Assembly: GCA_943372645.1 (NCBI GenBank)
Contig: CALRZN010000011.1
Coordinates: 20,200 to 84,199, forward strand
Source of the DNA: Chitinophaga pinensis
GTDB taxonomy: Bacteria; Bacteroidota; Bacteroidia; Palsa-965
Direction: 5' to 3'
Length of the DNA stretch: 64,000 nt
The notes under the pieces are model-generated. The model was given only the letters and a program-made list of their open reading frames with translations, searched no databases and was not told the DNA's origin. Both the position numbers and the translations under genes were made by a program. Positions within the stretch are counted from its first letter, which is position 1; each line of letters opens with the position of its first letter. Of this stretch, positions 16,391-26,726 are shown piece after piece.

Positions 16391-19300
16391 TTGAAAACAT
16401 TCTTGCGGCTGATTTTCCTGCCTTTCCTGTTGTGGTGTTCCGTTTATGCGAATGCCCAGGGAACGAATTATATCGTGCAGAAAAAACTGTACACGTATTC
16501 CGACGGCATACCGGGAAACAAGGTGTCGTGCGTGGCGCAGGACGAACTGGGCTATATCTGGATCGGAACCACTTACGGAATCTGCCGTTTCGACGGGCGC
16601 AGGTTTGAAGTCTTTACCCCAAAAACACACGGACTGCAGAACAAACCGGTCGGCATGGTGTATTCCGACGGGCAGCACGGACTCGTTATTGCCTATCAGA
16701 GCAGTTTTTACGACAACCAGGTAACATATGAAAACCTGGATGTGCTTGACATCCGCACGCTGCAGGTGAAACCGCTTGATGTGTATTACCGCAACATGCC
16801 TTTCGCACGCGACCAGGTTCACAACCTCTATGTAGATCAGCGTAACCGGGTAAAAGGATTTTTTATTACGCCTTATGATTATTATAATATCCAAACCCGC
16901 GTTAGCTGCCCCCGCTGGATTCCCGATGCTAACGGCGGGCTTGTGAAAAAAGAACGCACCGTAAGGAAATGCGTGATTTTTGAAGACAACGGCAAAACGG
17001 AAACTGCCAAAAGTGTGGACTTTCAAGCACAAACCGATTTGCGTTCCGTTGACCTGGTGCTGATGGCCGACAGCGAGCTTATACTTAACGAACAGGATCA
17101 ACAGCAATTTGTTTTTCGCGACGACAGCGGCAATGTGTTTCGGCGGACGGATACGCGTGGAAAATGGGGATATTATTTCATCAGTTATGCAGGTGATGTG
17201 CACTACCTCGGCGAAACCCAGGCTGCAATAGGGAATTATACAGCACAACTGCAGAACCAGTACACGAGTCAATGCTACGGACTGGAGGAAGGACCGCAGC
17301 ATTATCTTGCTGTTTTTTCGCGGGAAACGGGCGCTGTTCCGGTAACCGATTCGACTGACCGGGAGGAACTGAAACGTGCGCATCCCATCAGCATGATCCG
17401 CGACCGCACCGGCAATTACTGGATCGGTACCACGGAAGGGTTGCTGAAAGTAACGCTTGCTGAAAAATATTTTCATACGTTATATACTGCAGCAACCGAA
17501 CCGGTGAACGGAAACCAGTCGGTGCGCGGCATTCTTGTGCTTCCTGATTTTTCAGCGGTGGCGCTGGGCAGTCACCAGAACATCCGATACAAGGACAGGG
17601 TATATCGCACCCCAACAAACTTCAATCATTCGTCGCTCTATTTCAACAACACGTTATGGCTGGGATCCTTTGATTTAAAAACTTTTGATTTTGTTACCGG
17701 CCAAACCATACAGAAACAGCAATCTGCCAGCGACGAAATATGGAGCATGTTCCCGTGCGGCGGCAACCGCATTTTATTAGGCTGCACCAAAAACCTCGAT
17801 GTTTACGACTGCGACGCGGATACGATTACGCATATTGATGCGGGTGTGTTTCCGGTTCCGCAACTGGTGTATCGCATTTTTTCTGCAGGCGAAAACCGGA
17901 TCATCTGCGTGGCCTCCAACGGCATTTATGAACTGGACAGCACGTGCCGCATACGCGATTATTTCGGTAAAAAGGCCGGGCCGGCAGAACACCGGTTGCC
18001 TTTCGAAAACATCAACGACCTGCATATCGACCGGCAGGGTATTTATTGGTTCGCCACTGCGCAGGATGGGCTGTTCCGCTGGGACCGCACGCATAACGCG
18101 TTTACCCGTTTCGGTATTGATGACGGATTTTTAACTGCCAAACTCTGCCGCATCGAAGCGACTGGTACAGACATTCTCTGGATCAGTACGGATTTCGGAC
18201 TGGCCCGTTTCAACAAACAAACCGGCCGTGCAAAAACATACACCACTGCCGAAGGTCTTCATCACAATGAATTTAACCGCAGTTCCAGTTTCAAAGATGC
18301 TTCCGGAAACCTGTGGTTCGGTACCATTGACGGATGTGTATATTTTACCCCGGAAGACCTTGCCGGTACTGCCGCACTTGCCACCAGTCCGTTTCTCATC
18401 CGCAGCATCGCCAGGTTCAATCCGGCCACCAGCATGCAGGAAGATGTTTCGGAAGAACTGCGTGAACGCGGATACCTCGAACTGCGCGGCAACAGCCGGA
18501 GCCTCAGCCTCCGTGTGCTGCTGCTCGATCTGCAGGAACGCGAACACCTCTATCTGTACGAAATCAAAGGGCAGGATCCGGAGAAAAAATATGCGTACGA
18601 TGGACAGATCAACCTCAGCAACCTGCCTTATGGTACATTCACACTCGTAATAACCGCGCAGCAGGCTGACGGTACGTGGAATACACAGCCCTTAAAAATA
18701 GAATTGCATGTGCTGCCGCCATTTTACCGGTCAGCATGGTTTATTGCATTGGTCATCATTGTGCTTATTCTCCTCGTATGGCTGTATTTCCGCTACCGGA
18801 TACGCAAAATAAGCAAGGAGAAAAAACGACTGGAAAACACCGTAACAGAACGTACAGCCGAACTGCGTGCATCGCTGGCGGAGCAAACCGCATTACTCCA
18901 GGAGGTGCATCACCGCGTTAAAAACAACCTCCAGTTTATCGTGGCCATGCTGCAGATGCAGATCAATGCAGTGAAAGATGAAACGAACAAGGCAGTACTC
19001 AAAGACACGTCGCTGCGGATTAACGCGATGAGCCTTGTGCATGAAATGCTCTATAACAAAGACAAACTGGAATACATTGCCATCGAAACCTATCTGCACG
19101 AACTGGTCTCCAAACTGCGTGAACTGGTTTATGCAGAACATACACCGGTTACAATTAAACTGGATATTGACCCGGTAAAATTTAATGTAAATGAGAGCGT
19201 TGCATTGGGTATGCTGACTTCGGAGATTATCAGCAATTCCATTAAATATGCGTTTGCCGGCAATCCTGATCCGCTTATTGAAATCAGCCTGAAATTCGCT

Positions 19301-19498
19301 CCCGGCAGTAAAACAATAACCTACCGCATTGGGGATAACGGCTGCGGTATAAACGAAAACAACAAAGGCAAAGGTCTTGGCCTGCGGCTGATTGATATTT
19401 TTTCACGGCAGCTGGAGGCTACATACAAAATAAACAACGGGAACGGTTTAACCTTTTCCTTTGAAATTCCATACACGCCCGATGAAAAACCTGTTTAA
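16391..19498 (+). CDS. Sensor histidine kinase with periplasmic two-component-regulator propeller/Y_Y_Y domain, TM helix, HisKA_2-type phosphoacceptor and HATPase_c
   Basis: 1035 aa; signal peptide, repeated ...YIWIGT.. propeller motifs, TM FIALVIIVLILLVWLYF. HHRVKNNLQFIVAMLQMQ (HisKA_2 H-box). C-terminal GDNGCGI...GKGLGLRLI (ATP lid). Listed start codon is TTG, so the start is uncertain. Confidence 0.85.
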   Translation: MKTFLRLIFLPFLLWCSVYANAQGTNYIVQKKLYTYSDGIPGNKVSCVAQDELGYIWIGTTYGICRFDGRRFEVFTPKTHGLQNKPVGMVYSDGQHGLVIAYQSSFYDNQVTYENLDVLDIRTLQVKPLDVYYRNMPFARDQVHNLYVDQRNRVKGFFITPYDYYNIQTRVSCPRWIPDANGGLVKKERTVRKCVIFEDNGKTETAKSVDFQAQTDLRSVDLVLMADSELILNEQDQQQFVFRDDSGNVFRRTDTRGKWGYYFISYAGDVHYLGETQAAIGNYTAQLQNQYTSQCYGLEEGPQHYLAVFSRETGAVPVTDSTDREELKRAHPISMIRDRTGNYWIGTTEGLLKVTLAEKYFHTLYTAATEPVNGNQSVRGILVLPDFSAVALGSHQNIRYKDRVYRTPTNFNHSSLYFNNTLWLGSFDLKTFDFVTGQTIQKQQSASDEIWSMFPCGGNRILLGCTKNLDVYDCDADTITHIDAGVFPVPQLVYRIFSAGENRIICVASNGIYELDSTCRIRDYFGKKAGPAEHRLPFENINDLHIDRQGIYWFATAQDGLFRWDRTHNAFTRFGIDDGFLTAKLCRIEATGTDILWISTDFGLARFNKQTGRAKTYTTAEGLHHNEFNRSSSFKDASGNLWFGTIDGCVYFTPEDLAGTAALATSPFLIRSIARFNPATSMQEDVSEELRERGYLELRGNSRSLSLRVLLLDLQEREHLYLYEIKGQDPEKKYAYDGQINLSNLPYGTFTLVITAQQADGTWNTQPLKIELHVLPPFYRSAWFIALVIIVLILLVWLYFRYRIRKISKEKKRLENTVTERTAELRASLAEQTALLQEVHHRVKNNLQFIVAMLQMQINAVKDETNKAVLKDTSLRINAMSLVHEMLYNKDKLEYIAIETYLHELVSKLRELVYAEHTPVTIKLDIDPVKFNVNESVALGMLTSEIISNSIKYAFAGNPDPLIEISLKFAPGSKTITYRIGDNGCGINENNKGKGLGLRLIDIFSRQLEATYKINNGNGLTFSFEIPYTPDEKPV

Positions 19499-20156
19499 AA
19501 TATTAATTGTTGATGATGAAGTGCTGATTGCTGAGTTTCTGAAAGATGTACTCACCGGCCTGGGATACGCGCAGCTGATGCTGGCCCACAACCGGAGACA
19601 GGCCATAATTCAGCTCGAAGAATTCAAACCGGACCTCGTATTGCTCGATATCCGGATGAAAGAAGAACTGGAAGGCATCCAGATTGCTGAACGGATTAAC
19701 CAGGAGTTCAAAATTCCGTTTATTTACATCACCGCACAGTCGGACAAAGAAATCATCGGCAAAGCGCTCAGTACAAAACCGGCCGGTTATATTACCAAAC
19801 CATTCAAACAGGCCGACGTGTTTGCAGCCATCCGGCTGGTGGAAGAAAACGCCGAAAGCAGCAGCGAAAAATTTCTTGTTTTTAAAGACGGTTACGATAC
19901 GATCAAACTCTCAGTTGACGATGTTTTATATGCCAAAAGCAACGACAACTATATTGATGTTTATACCACCACGAAAAAATACACCCTGCGTTATACGCTC
20001 GACTGGTTGTGCGAAAATACACCTGACGGCATGTTCCACCGCACGCACCGCTCGGCGGTGGTAAACATTACCAAAATTACACGGGCCACATCGAAATCGG
20101 TTTTTATCGGCGAGGTGGAAATACCGGTCTCCCGCGGGAACCAGGTAAAGCTGTAA
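19482..20156 (+). CDS. LytTR-family response regulator (REC + LytTR DNA-binding domain)
   Basis: MKNLFKILIVDDE...LLDIRM (receiver domain with phospho-Asp). C-terminal LytTR domain ...YAKSNDNYIDVYTTTKKYTLRYTLDWL...FHRTHRSAVVN. Start overlaps the kinase stop (operon). Confidence 0.85.
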   Translation: MKNLFKILIVDDEVLIAEFLKDVLTGLGYAQLMLAHNRRQAIIQLEEFKPDLVLLDIRMKEELEGIQIAERINQEFKIPFIYITAQSDKEIIGKALSTKPAGYITKPFKQADVFAAIRLVEENAESSSEKFLVFKDGYDTIKLSVDDVLYAKSNDNYIDVYTTTKKYTLRYTLDWLCENTPDGMFHRTHRSAVVNITKITRATSKSVFIGEVEIPVSRGNQVKL

Positions 20157-20379
20157 GTTTTACACACTGCATTTTTATACCGGCCGGGCAGCATAAAACG
20201 CCCCGGTTACCGGCTATAAAAAAACAGCATTCACCACGTTTTCTGCTGCAGTTGTGATTACCCCCTGTCATTTAACTACAAACTTTTGCTGTTCACCCCG
20301 GTTTTGAAAAAGCAGGGAGGGAACTCCTTTTTTTTGTACAACAAAAGAGCAGTAGAAAAGACCTAAAAAATTTAAAACC

Positions 20380-22848
20380 ATGTTCAGAAAAACAATGACA
20401 CTTATAGTTGCTGCCATACTTTCCCTTCCGGGTATGGCGCAGCAGCAGCGTACTAACAGCGAAAGTCAAACCGGCGGCATCACGCGGTCAGCTGATTTAC
20501 CGGGAAGTCCGGCTACCGTTCCCGGTGCAGCCCTGCATTTCGACGGAACCAACGACCTGGTGAACAATACCAACCCGGCTTTTGATTTTAACACCGGCAC
20601 TGCAGAATGCTGGTTTAACGCGGCCCCGTCAACCGGCAACAAATGTGTGATGGCCATGCGCACCAGTACCTCCGGAGCACGCTGGAGCATTCACGTGAAT
20701 GAAGGAGGCAACGAAATCGGTTTCTTCAACGGGGCCTCCTATATCGGACTGCCTGCAGTCATCAACGCGAATACCTGGTACCACCTCGCCGTAGTGATGA
20801 ACACTACCAATACCTATGTGTATCTGAACGGAACAGCTGTGGGTACAATTTCACTCGGGCTCCAGGCCAGTGCCACCGGGCAGCCATTCTCCATCGGCGG
20901 ACACTATGACCTGGCCTGGCCCGAATACTTCAATGGTATGATTGACGAAGTGCGCATCTGGAACCGTGCCCTCTGCGCTTCAGAAATACAAAACAACAGG
21001 AATGGTGAAATACCTGCAGCTGCACCCGGGCTGATTGCAAACTACCATTTCAACGAAGGAGTTGCCGGCGCCAACAATGTTTCTGTAATCTCCCTTCCCG
21101 ACGCCAGCGGCAACAACATCCACCTCGTATTAAATGGCTTCCTGCTGTCCGGATCAACGTCCAACTGGATTTCACCGGGCGCTGTAACTTCAGGAAGCAG
21201 TATCACACCGTACATCAGCACCAGTGTTTCATCAGCCAACATTACCTGCAACGGCGCAGGAAACGGTACTGCAACTGTAACTGCTTCCGGCGTAGGTCCG
21301 TTTACCTACAGCTGGGCACCTTCGGGTGGCACGGGTCCGACTGCTTCTGGTCTCTCGCCGGGAACATATACCTGCACGATAAATGGCGGCTGTGCTTCCG
21401 TAACGCAAACGGTGACGATTACACAACCTGCCGCGATTTCGCTTTCCACGGCGGTAACCCACATTTCCTGCGCCAGCAGCAACGACGGCGCCATTAACCT
21501 TACCGTAACCGGCGGCACCGGCCCCTTCAGCTACGACTGGTCGTTTGGTTATACCACCGAAGACATCAGCGGACTTTACCCCGGAACATATATGGTAACT
21601 GTTACGGATGCCAACGGCTGTACCGCAACCAGCCAGATGGTAACGGTATCGTATGCGTCCACCCTTTCCTCATCACTTAGCATTGCACCTTTTCCGTGCA
21701 ACAGTCCGACAACCACCGCTACGGTTACCGCATCGGGCGGAACACCGGGTTATACGTATTCGTGGTCGCCTTCGGGTGGCAACGGGGCAACAAGCACACC
21801 GCTCACACCGGGATATTATAGCTGCACGGTACAAGATGCGGCAGGCTGTATCTCTTCCCAGAGCATGATCATCACAACGCCCGCAACACTAACCGCTACG
21901 TCTGCTGTAACATCCAACTTCAACGGATATAACATAAGCTGTTACGGCGCTGCCGACGGCCAGGTAACTGTTATGCCTTCCGGCGGCACACCACCTTATA
22001 CCTACATGTGGAACAATGGTGGTATAACACAAACGATAAACAATGTGGCCATGGGCATGTACACCTGCACGGTTACCTGCTCCGGCGGATGTGTTTATAC
22101 AACAGCCCCGGTTAACGTACAGTTTCCTGCACAGCTTTCAGCAGGCAGCGTGGTAACACAGGTATCATGTACCAACACCAGCAGCGGTGCAATTGACCTC
22201 ACCCCGGCCGGTGGCGCAGGTTCATACACGTTTGCCTGGTCGAACAACGCAAACACCGAAGATATAAGCGGACTTACTGCCGGAATATACAGCGTTACGC
22301 TGACGGATATAAACGGCTGCACCGCCACTGCTTCGGTTACGGTAACACAGGCCACAGCCCCGGCCGTAGCATATACCGAACCGATGGATTCGGTTTGCCA
22401 GCTGACCACCGCGCCCTTCACACTCAGCGGTGCATCTCCTGCCGGCGGAACGTGGAGTGGAACCGGTGTAACCGACACCATTTTTAATCCGGGTACTGCA
22501 TCGGTTGGATTTAACGTAATCACGTACACGTACACCGACAACCTGGGGTGCACCGGTTCGGCAACAGATTCGGTTTATGTGGACATCTGCACCGGCCTGG
22601 ACGAAAATGCGTTGCAAACGATGCACATTTATCCCAATCCTTCGGGTGGTTATTTTAATCTGCAGTTACAAACCCCTGCAGCAGTTATGCTTGAACTTTT
22701 TGCTGCCGACGGCCGGCTGATAAAGCGTGAGCAGTACAACGGAACAACAGCCGTTACCCTTAACCTGGGTGATGAAGCCGCAGGAATTTATTTTCTCCGG
22801 CTCACCTCGGGCGATACCATTAAAACCGCGTACCTGGTGCGGCAGTGA
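20380..22848 (+). CDS. T9SS-secreted protein: N-terminal LamG/concanavalin-like domain, multiple SprB-type repeats, C-terminal Por sorting domain
   Basis: 822 aa; signal peptide. ...MIDEVRIWNRAL (LamG_3-like). Repeats ...TCNGAGNGTATVTASGG.PFTYSW.PSG...GTYTCT..D.NGC... (SprB repeat pattern). C-terminus MHIYPNPSGGYFNLQL...GIYFLRLTSGDTIKTAYLVRQ (T9SS CTD). Confidence 0.8.
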   Translation: MFRKTMTLIVAAILSLPGMAQQQRTNSESQTGGITRSADLPGSPATVPGAALHFDGTNDLVNNTNPAFDFNTGTAECWFNAAPSTGNKCVMAMRTSTSGARWSIHVNEGGNEIGFFNGASYIGLPAVINANTWYHLAVVMNTTNTYVYLNGTAVGTISLGLQASATGQPFSIGGHYDLAWPEYFNGMIDEVRIWNRALCASEIQNNRNGEIPAAAPGLIANYHFNEGVAGANNVSVISLPDASGNNIHLVLNGFLLSGSTSNWISPGAVTSGSSITPYISTSVSSANITCNGAGNGTATVTASGVGPFTYSWAPSGGTGPTASGLSPGTYTCTINGGCASVTQTVTITQPAAISLSTAVTHISCASSNDGAINLTVTGGTGPFSYDWSFGYTTEDISGLYPGTYMVTVTDANGCTATSQMVTVSYASTLSSSLSIAPFPCNSPTTTATVTASGGTPGYTYSWSPSGGNGATSTPLTPGYYSCTVQDAAGCISSQSMIITTPATLTATSAVTSNFNGYNISCYGAADGQVTVMPSGGTPPYTYMWNNGGITQTINNVAMGMYTCTVTCSGGCVYTTAPVNVQFPAQLSAGSVVTQVSCTNTSSGAIDLTPAGGAGSYTFAWSNNANTEDISGLTAGIYSVTLTDINGCTATASVTVTQATAPAVAYTEPMDSVCQLTTAPFTLSGASPAGGTWSGTGVTDTIFNPGTASVGFNVITYTYTDNLGCTGSATDSVYVDICTGLDENALQTMHIYPNPSGGYFNLQLQTPAAVMLELFAADGRLIKREQYNGTTAVTLNLGDEAAGIYFLRLTSGDTIKTAYLVRQ

Positions 22849-22870
22849 ACCATTCAGGAACTATGAGCAA

Positions 22871-22902
22871 AACGCATCCGTATTTCCGGGTGCGTTTTTT
22901 TT
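22871..22902 (+). terminator. Rho-independent terminator after the T9SS SprB-repeat gene
   Basis: aacgcatccg-tatttc-cgggtgcgtt (10-bp stem with one G·U wobble) followed by tttttttt. Lies 23 nt after the stop at 22848. Confidence 0.7.
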
Positions 22903-22907
22903 GATAC

Positions 22908-23035
22908 CCGTTGATCCGCCGGAAAACCGGAACGTAAACGAAAGCGCGGCCGGTACGAAAAGCAAAATACGGAAAGAAAGAAATCCGTTTTAGTCGGAGT
23001 TACCTGTTGATGCGCCATGCATGGCGCATCAACAA
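22908..23035. repeat. Composite repeat element copy E with the first hairpin (gttgatccgccggaaaaccgg) and the perfect 28-bp palindrome (23006-23033)
   Basis: cccgttgatccgccggaaaaccggaacgtaaacgaaagcgcggccggtacgaaaagcaaaatacggaaagaaagaaatccgttttagtcggagttacctGTTGATGCGCCATGCATGGCGCATCAAC. Sits immediately downstream of the terminator. Confidence 0.85.
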
Positions 23036-23213
23036 GTACCCAAAACAAAGACGAAACTGAAACGGAGAACCTGAACGAACTACGATCTTCGTTATTCCCG
23101 GCAGAACGACGCCTACCAAAAAACATATAATCACCGCGTTCCCCGTTCCTTCCCAAAACCTGTTAATCTGTTACCGTTGCAGCCAATAACTTTCTAATTT
23201 TGGATGCAATTCC

Positions 23214-26200
23214 ATGAAAACAACTCCGCTTCATATCGCCGGCCTGCTGCTTGTGCTGCTCGTTTCGGTTTCCGGCTTCGCGCAGCGCGATACCGTATTT
23301 TTCCCCGATTCCCGGAACATACAGCTGATTACCGTTACCAAGGGAAACAAAAAGGTAACCAAAGAATTTGACCAGGCCGGGCATCAGCTTGCTGAAAACA
23401 ATTACGAAAACAATAAACAGCACGGAACCCAGCGCCGCTGGAACAGCAACGGCAAACTGGTGCAGGAAGGCCATTATAAGAACGGGCTGCGCGAGGGAAA
23501 ACAGTCCACCTGGTATGCCGACGGCAAAAAGAAAGAAGAATTTAATTTCGCTGTAATTCAAATAGAAACACGATGGGCTTCGGTAGAGCATGGCAAACAA
23601 ACCAGCTGGAACGCCAATGGCAAACCATTTAAAATAAGCAACTACCGCAACGGCGAAAAATGGGGCACCGAAGAAGAATGGTTTCCGAACGGCAACAAAC
23701 GCCACGAACTGACCTTCGAAGCCGGCAAACGCATTGGTGCTTACTCGTTCTGGCACGATAACGGAAAAGTTGCTGAAACCGGCGCGTTTGATACCATTCA
23801 CAAAAAATACGGCGACCGCAAAGTCATAGAAGAAGTAAAAACCGGTCTGTGCAAAACCTGGAACAAAGCCGGTGTGCTCACCGCCGAAGGCAGCTACAGC
23901 AAAGGCAAACAGGAAGGCAAACACATCTCCCGCTACGAAGACGGCACCCTAAAATCAGAACTCACCTACCGCAAAGGCGAAGTATACGGCCCGCAGCGGT
24001 TCTGGTTCAGCAACGGGCAGCTGCAGTATTTACGCGAACAGTACATGGATTATGATTCCATCCGCCGGTCGCCGTATTACCGCATGGAAGGCGTTTATGA
24101 AGAATACCGCGAAGACGGCAGCCTTGTAAAAAAAGGCAACTACATCAAAGGCAAACAACACGGCCATTGGGTGCAGTACAGCAAAAACACGTTATATGAA
24201 GAAGCCGATTACCACTACGGCATGTTGCTTAACACCCATAAAATTTATCACCCGAACGGCAAACTGCTGCGCGAAGAACACTACGATCTGTACCGCATCA
24301 AAAACCGTGACACCACCATGCTCAACGGGCCTTACATTGATTATTACGACAACGGCGCCGTGAGTATGCGCAAAAATTATGTGGACGGCAAACTCGTAAA
24401 CGACAACGCCAAAACATACAGCAGATCCGGGTTTGTGATGATGGAATATATTGACGAAGGCGCTACCGTACGTAAAATTGATTACAGCGAAAATGGTGTT
24501 ATTAAACTCGAATCGGTGGCCGTGAAAGAACCCAACGTTTCCGTTGAGCGGCTGAAATTTTTGTCCGAAAAACTTTACGATGAAAACGGAAAACTGCGCA
24601 AAACAATTAATTACATCAACGGCAAAGCACAGGGATTTGTGCGCGAATGGAATGCCGGCGGGCAACTGGTGAGCGAGACTTACCTGTTTAATCCCCGCGA
24701 TGAAAGTCCGTACGTAGGCAATACACTCAACTCCTGGAATGCGCTGTATTACAGCAACGGGCAGATCTGGAAAGAACAATACATCCGCAACAGCTGGGGC
24801 ACCGGTTACGAAATTGAATGGTACATCACCGGCCAGCTGAAACGCGTGCAGCAGCAGGGCATTTACGATGCACAGTGGCTGCAAAACGGGGCGCTTTTTT
24901 CGCTCGCGTTTTTTGAACGTAATAACACCAACCTGCCAAAAGATACCGTGGTGCCGCCTGAATTTGCAGCTAAGCTGTACCAGCAGTTCAGTAACCCGAA
25001 AACAAAAATGCTGCGTTTCGAAAATGCAACAGACGGCTGGCAGCGGAGTTATTACAACGACAAACAGGTGCGGTTTGAAACCTACGTTGTAAACGGAAAA
25101 CCCGACAGCGTGTTCCGCGGCTACTTTCCCGACGGCAGTTTGTTTGTGGAATGGCACCTGCAGAACAGTTTGCCCCATGGAAAGTATGTGCTGATGAATA
25201 ACAACAATACGGTTTATGAAACCGGAACCTATTGCAATGGATCACCCTGCGGCGACTGGATTATCAACCAGGTGAACGGCAAGCCGTACCAGGAATACGG
25301 CATTGACGAAATGGGTAAACGCACCTACCAGAAAGAGTATTACCCCGAAAACGGCCGCCAACGTTCGCTGCAGAACTGGCGCAACGGCAAGCCATACGGC
25401 ATTCAGAAAAACTGGGCTCCCAACGGCACTTTAACCACTCAATATGAAATGCACGGCGATACCGCGGTGGGCATACACCTTACCTGGAACGAAATGGGCG
25501 AACTGCAGCGCCGCGTAACATACAACAGCACTGGTATCAAAGAGGGACCGGAAGAATCGTGGTGGTACAAAACCGGCAAAAAAGCATCGGAAGCAATTTA
25601 TGTGAACAACAGAAAAGAAGGTCCGGGAAAAACATGGTGGCCCAACGGCCGCCTGCGCGGAGAAGGCAATTATGTTAACGATGCGGCCGAAGGTTACTGG
25701 ATGGTATACGACAGCACCGGCGCACCAGGCCGCAAAGTGATGTATGTGAAAGGCGAAGAACAGCTTGCGCCTGACAACAACCCCTGCGCATGCGTGGAGC
25801 AAAAACGCGACATCCGATTCGCCCCGCTCATTACCGACCTGGTTGACAGCACACGCTTCCCGAAATGGCAGTTCGGGTATCACGAAAAAATTCCGAACCG
25901 TGTGCTCGCGCATTTGTTTTACATGGACTTTCAGAATTCGTATTCCGGCAATTCGAAATTCAACAGCATGACGCTAATTGCTTTTCAGCCGCTGGAAGTG
26001 CGCCTGCCGGATAAAAACGGCATCCTGCTCGTGCTTACTCCCTGCAAAAGCAAAGGCGCCCAGCTGCCCATAACGGCCAATACCGAAAAGGGTAACCCCG
26101 ATGCCACGCACATCGAATTTTCGCCGTACCGCCTTGCCTTCCGGTTTGATAACCGCCTGCTGAAACCGGTTGACACCAACATTAAAAACAGCGAAGCGTC

Positions 26201-26726
26201 GTTCAATGTAAAGTTCATGGAATACGAACAGCGGGGCATTACGCTGCACCAGCCCACGGCTGTTTGTTTTAATGCGGCTTACATCGGTAAAACCAACATG
26301 CAGCTTTCGCTGAACAACTTTGTGCCGGTGCTTACTGCCAGGGAAAATACAACCTCGCCCCTGCTCGATTCGACGTGGGATGCGCAACCGGCATTTTTTA
26401 ACGAACACCTGCAGCCGTATTTTAAAACCATGTTCAACGGTATTATCAACGGCAACGGCATGCTAACGGTGCCTTTTGTGAACAATACCACATTGCAGCT
26501 GCCCGCGCGAAGCGTTACCAGCAACGACCAGTTTGTGGCCCTTGAACTGCTGCTTACCGATGTGAAAATAAAAGACAATACCGTGCAGTTCAAAAACAAC
26601 GGCAAAAACATAAACACCAGCGTTGACGAACTGAAAAAACATTTTACGGCCGCCGGATTCCGTGTGAATACGGTTACCGCGGCGGATAACAAAACCATTC
26701 GCATCCAACTCGTTTACCGGAAATGA
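23214..26726 (+). CDS. Large secreted MORN-repeat-variant / YwqK-like repeat protein (1170 aa)
   Basis: Signal peptide. Dozens of W..NG.L..EG.Y.NGK..G..T.WY.NG.K repeats of ~23 aa. A possible Bacteroidota -7 promoter box TAatTTTG lies ~15 bp upstream of the ATG. Confidence 0.65.
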   Translation: MKTTPLHIAGLLLVLLVSVSGFAQRDTVFFPDSRNIQLITVTKGNKKVTKEFDQAGHQLAENNYENNKQHGTQRRWNSNGKLVQEGHYKNGLREGKQSTWYADGKKKEEFNFAVIQIETRWASVEHGKQTSWNANGKPFKISNYRNGEKWGTEEEWFPNGNKRHELTFEAGKRIGAYSFWHDNGKVAETGAFDTIHKKYGDRKVIEEVKTGLCKTWNKAGVLTAEGSYSKGKQEGKHISRYEDGTLKSELTYRKGEVYGPQRFWFSNGQLQYLREQYMDYDSIRRSPYYRMEGVYEEYREDGSLVKKGNYIKGKQHGHWVQYSKNTLYEEADYHYGMLLNTHKIYHPNGKLLREEHYDLYRIKNRDTTMLNGPYIDYYDNGAVSMRKNYVDGKLVNDNAKTYSRSGFVMMEYIDEGATVRKIDYSENGVIKLESVAVKEPNVSVERLKFLSEKLYDENGKLRKTINYINGKAQGFVREWNAGGQLVSETYLFNPRDESPYVGNTLNSWNALYYSNGQIWKEQYIRNSWGTGYEIEWYITGQLKRVQQQGIYDAQWLQNGALFSLAFFERNNTNLPKDTVVPPEFAAKLYQQFSNPKTKMLRFENATDGWQRSYYNDKQVRFETYVVNGKPDSVFRGYFPDGSLFVEWHLQNSLPHGKYVLMNNNNTVYETGTYCNGSPCGDWIINQVNGKPYQEYGIDEMGKRTYQKEYYPENGRQRSLQNWRNGKPYGIQKNWAPNGTLTTQYEMHGDTAVGIHLTWNEMGELQRRVTYNSTGIKEGPEESWWYKTGKKASEAIYVNNRKEGPGKTWWPNGRLRGEGNYVNDAAEGYWMVYDSTGAPGRKVMYVKGEEQLAPDNNPCACVEQKRDIRFAPLITDLVDSTRFPKWQFGYHEKIPNRVLAHLFYMDFQNSYSGNSKFNSMTLIAFQPLEVRLPDKNGILLVLTPCKSKGAQLPITANTEKGNPDATHIEFSPYRLAFRFDNRLLKPVDTNIKNSEASFNVKFMEYEQRGITLHQPTAVCFNAAYIGKTNMQLSLNNFVPVLTARENTTSPLLDSTWDAQPAFFNEHLQPYFKTMFNGIINGNGMLTVPFVNNTTLQLPARSVTSNDQFVALELLLTDVKIKDNTVQFKNNGKNINTSVDELKKHFTAAGFRVNTVTAADNKTIRIQLVYRK

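Noticed and set aside
10497-16394. Small ORFs translating to ...VDAPCMAHQR... / ...MAHQREPKTK... on both strands (10497, 10532-, 11220-, 11327-, 13025-, 13042-, 15928-, 16100, 16104, 22854-) and the 266-aa ORF 12952..13752
   Set aside because: All are read-through of the palindromic repeat elements. The same peptide appears in both orientations because the DNA is palindromic, and the tandem DNA repeats give repeated 'peptides'. These are non-coding. The real coding parts are 10664..11150 and 13432..13752.
20180-20340. Hairpins after the LytTR regulator (ccggccggg...ccccggttaccgg; ggag-ggaa-ctcc + T8)
   Set aside because: Stems are short (4-5 bp), interrupted, or followed by A- rather than T-runs on the relevant strand. 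Not convincing as terminators.
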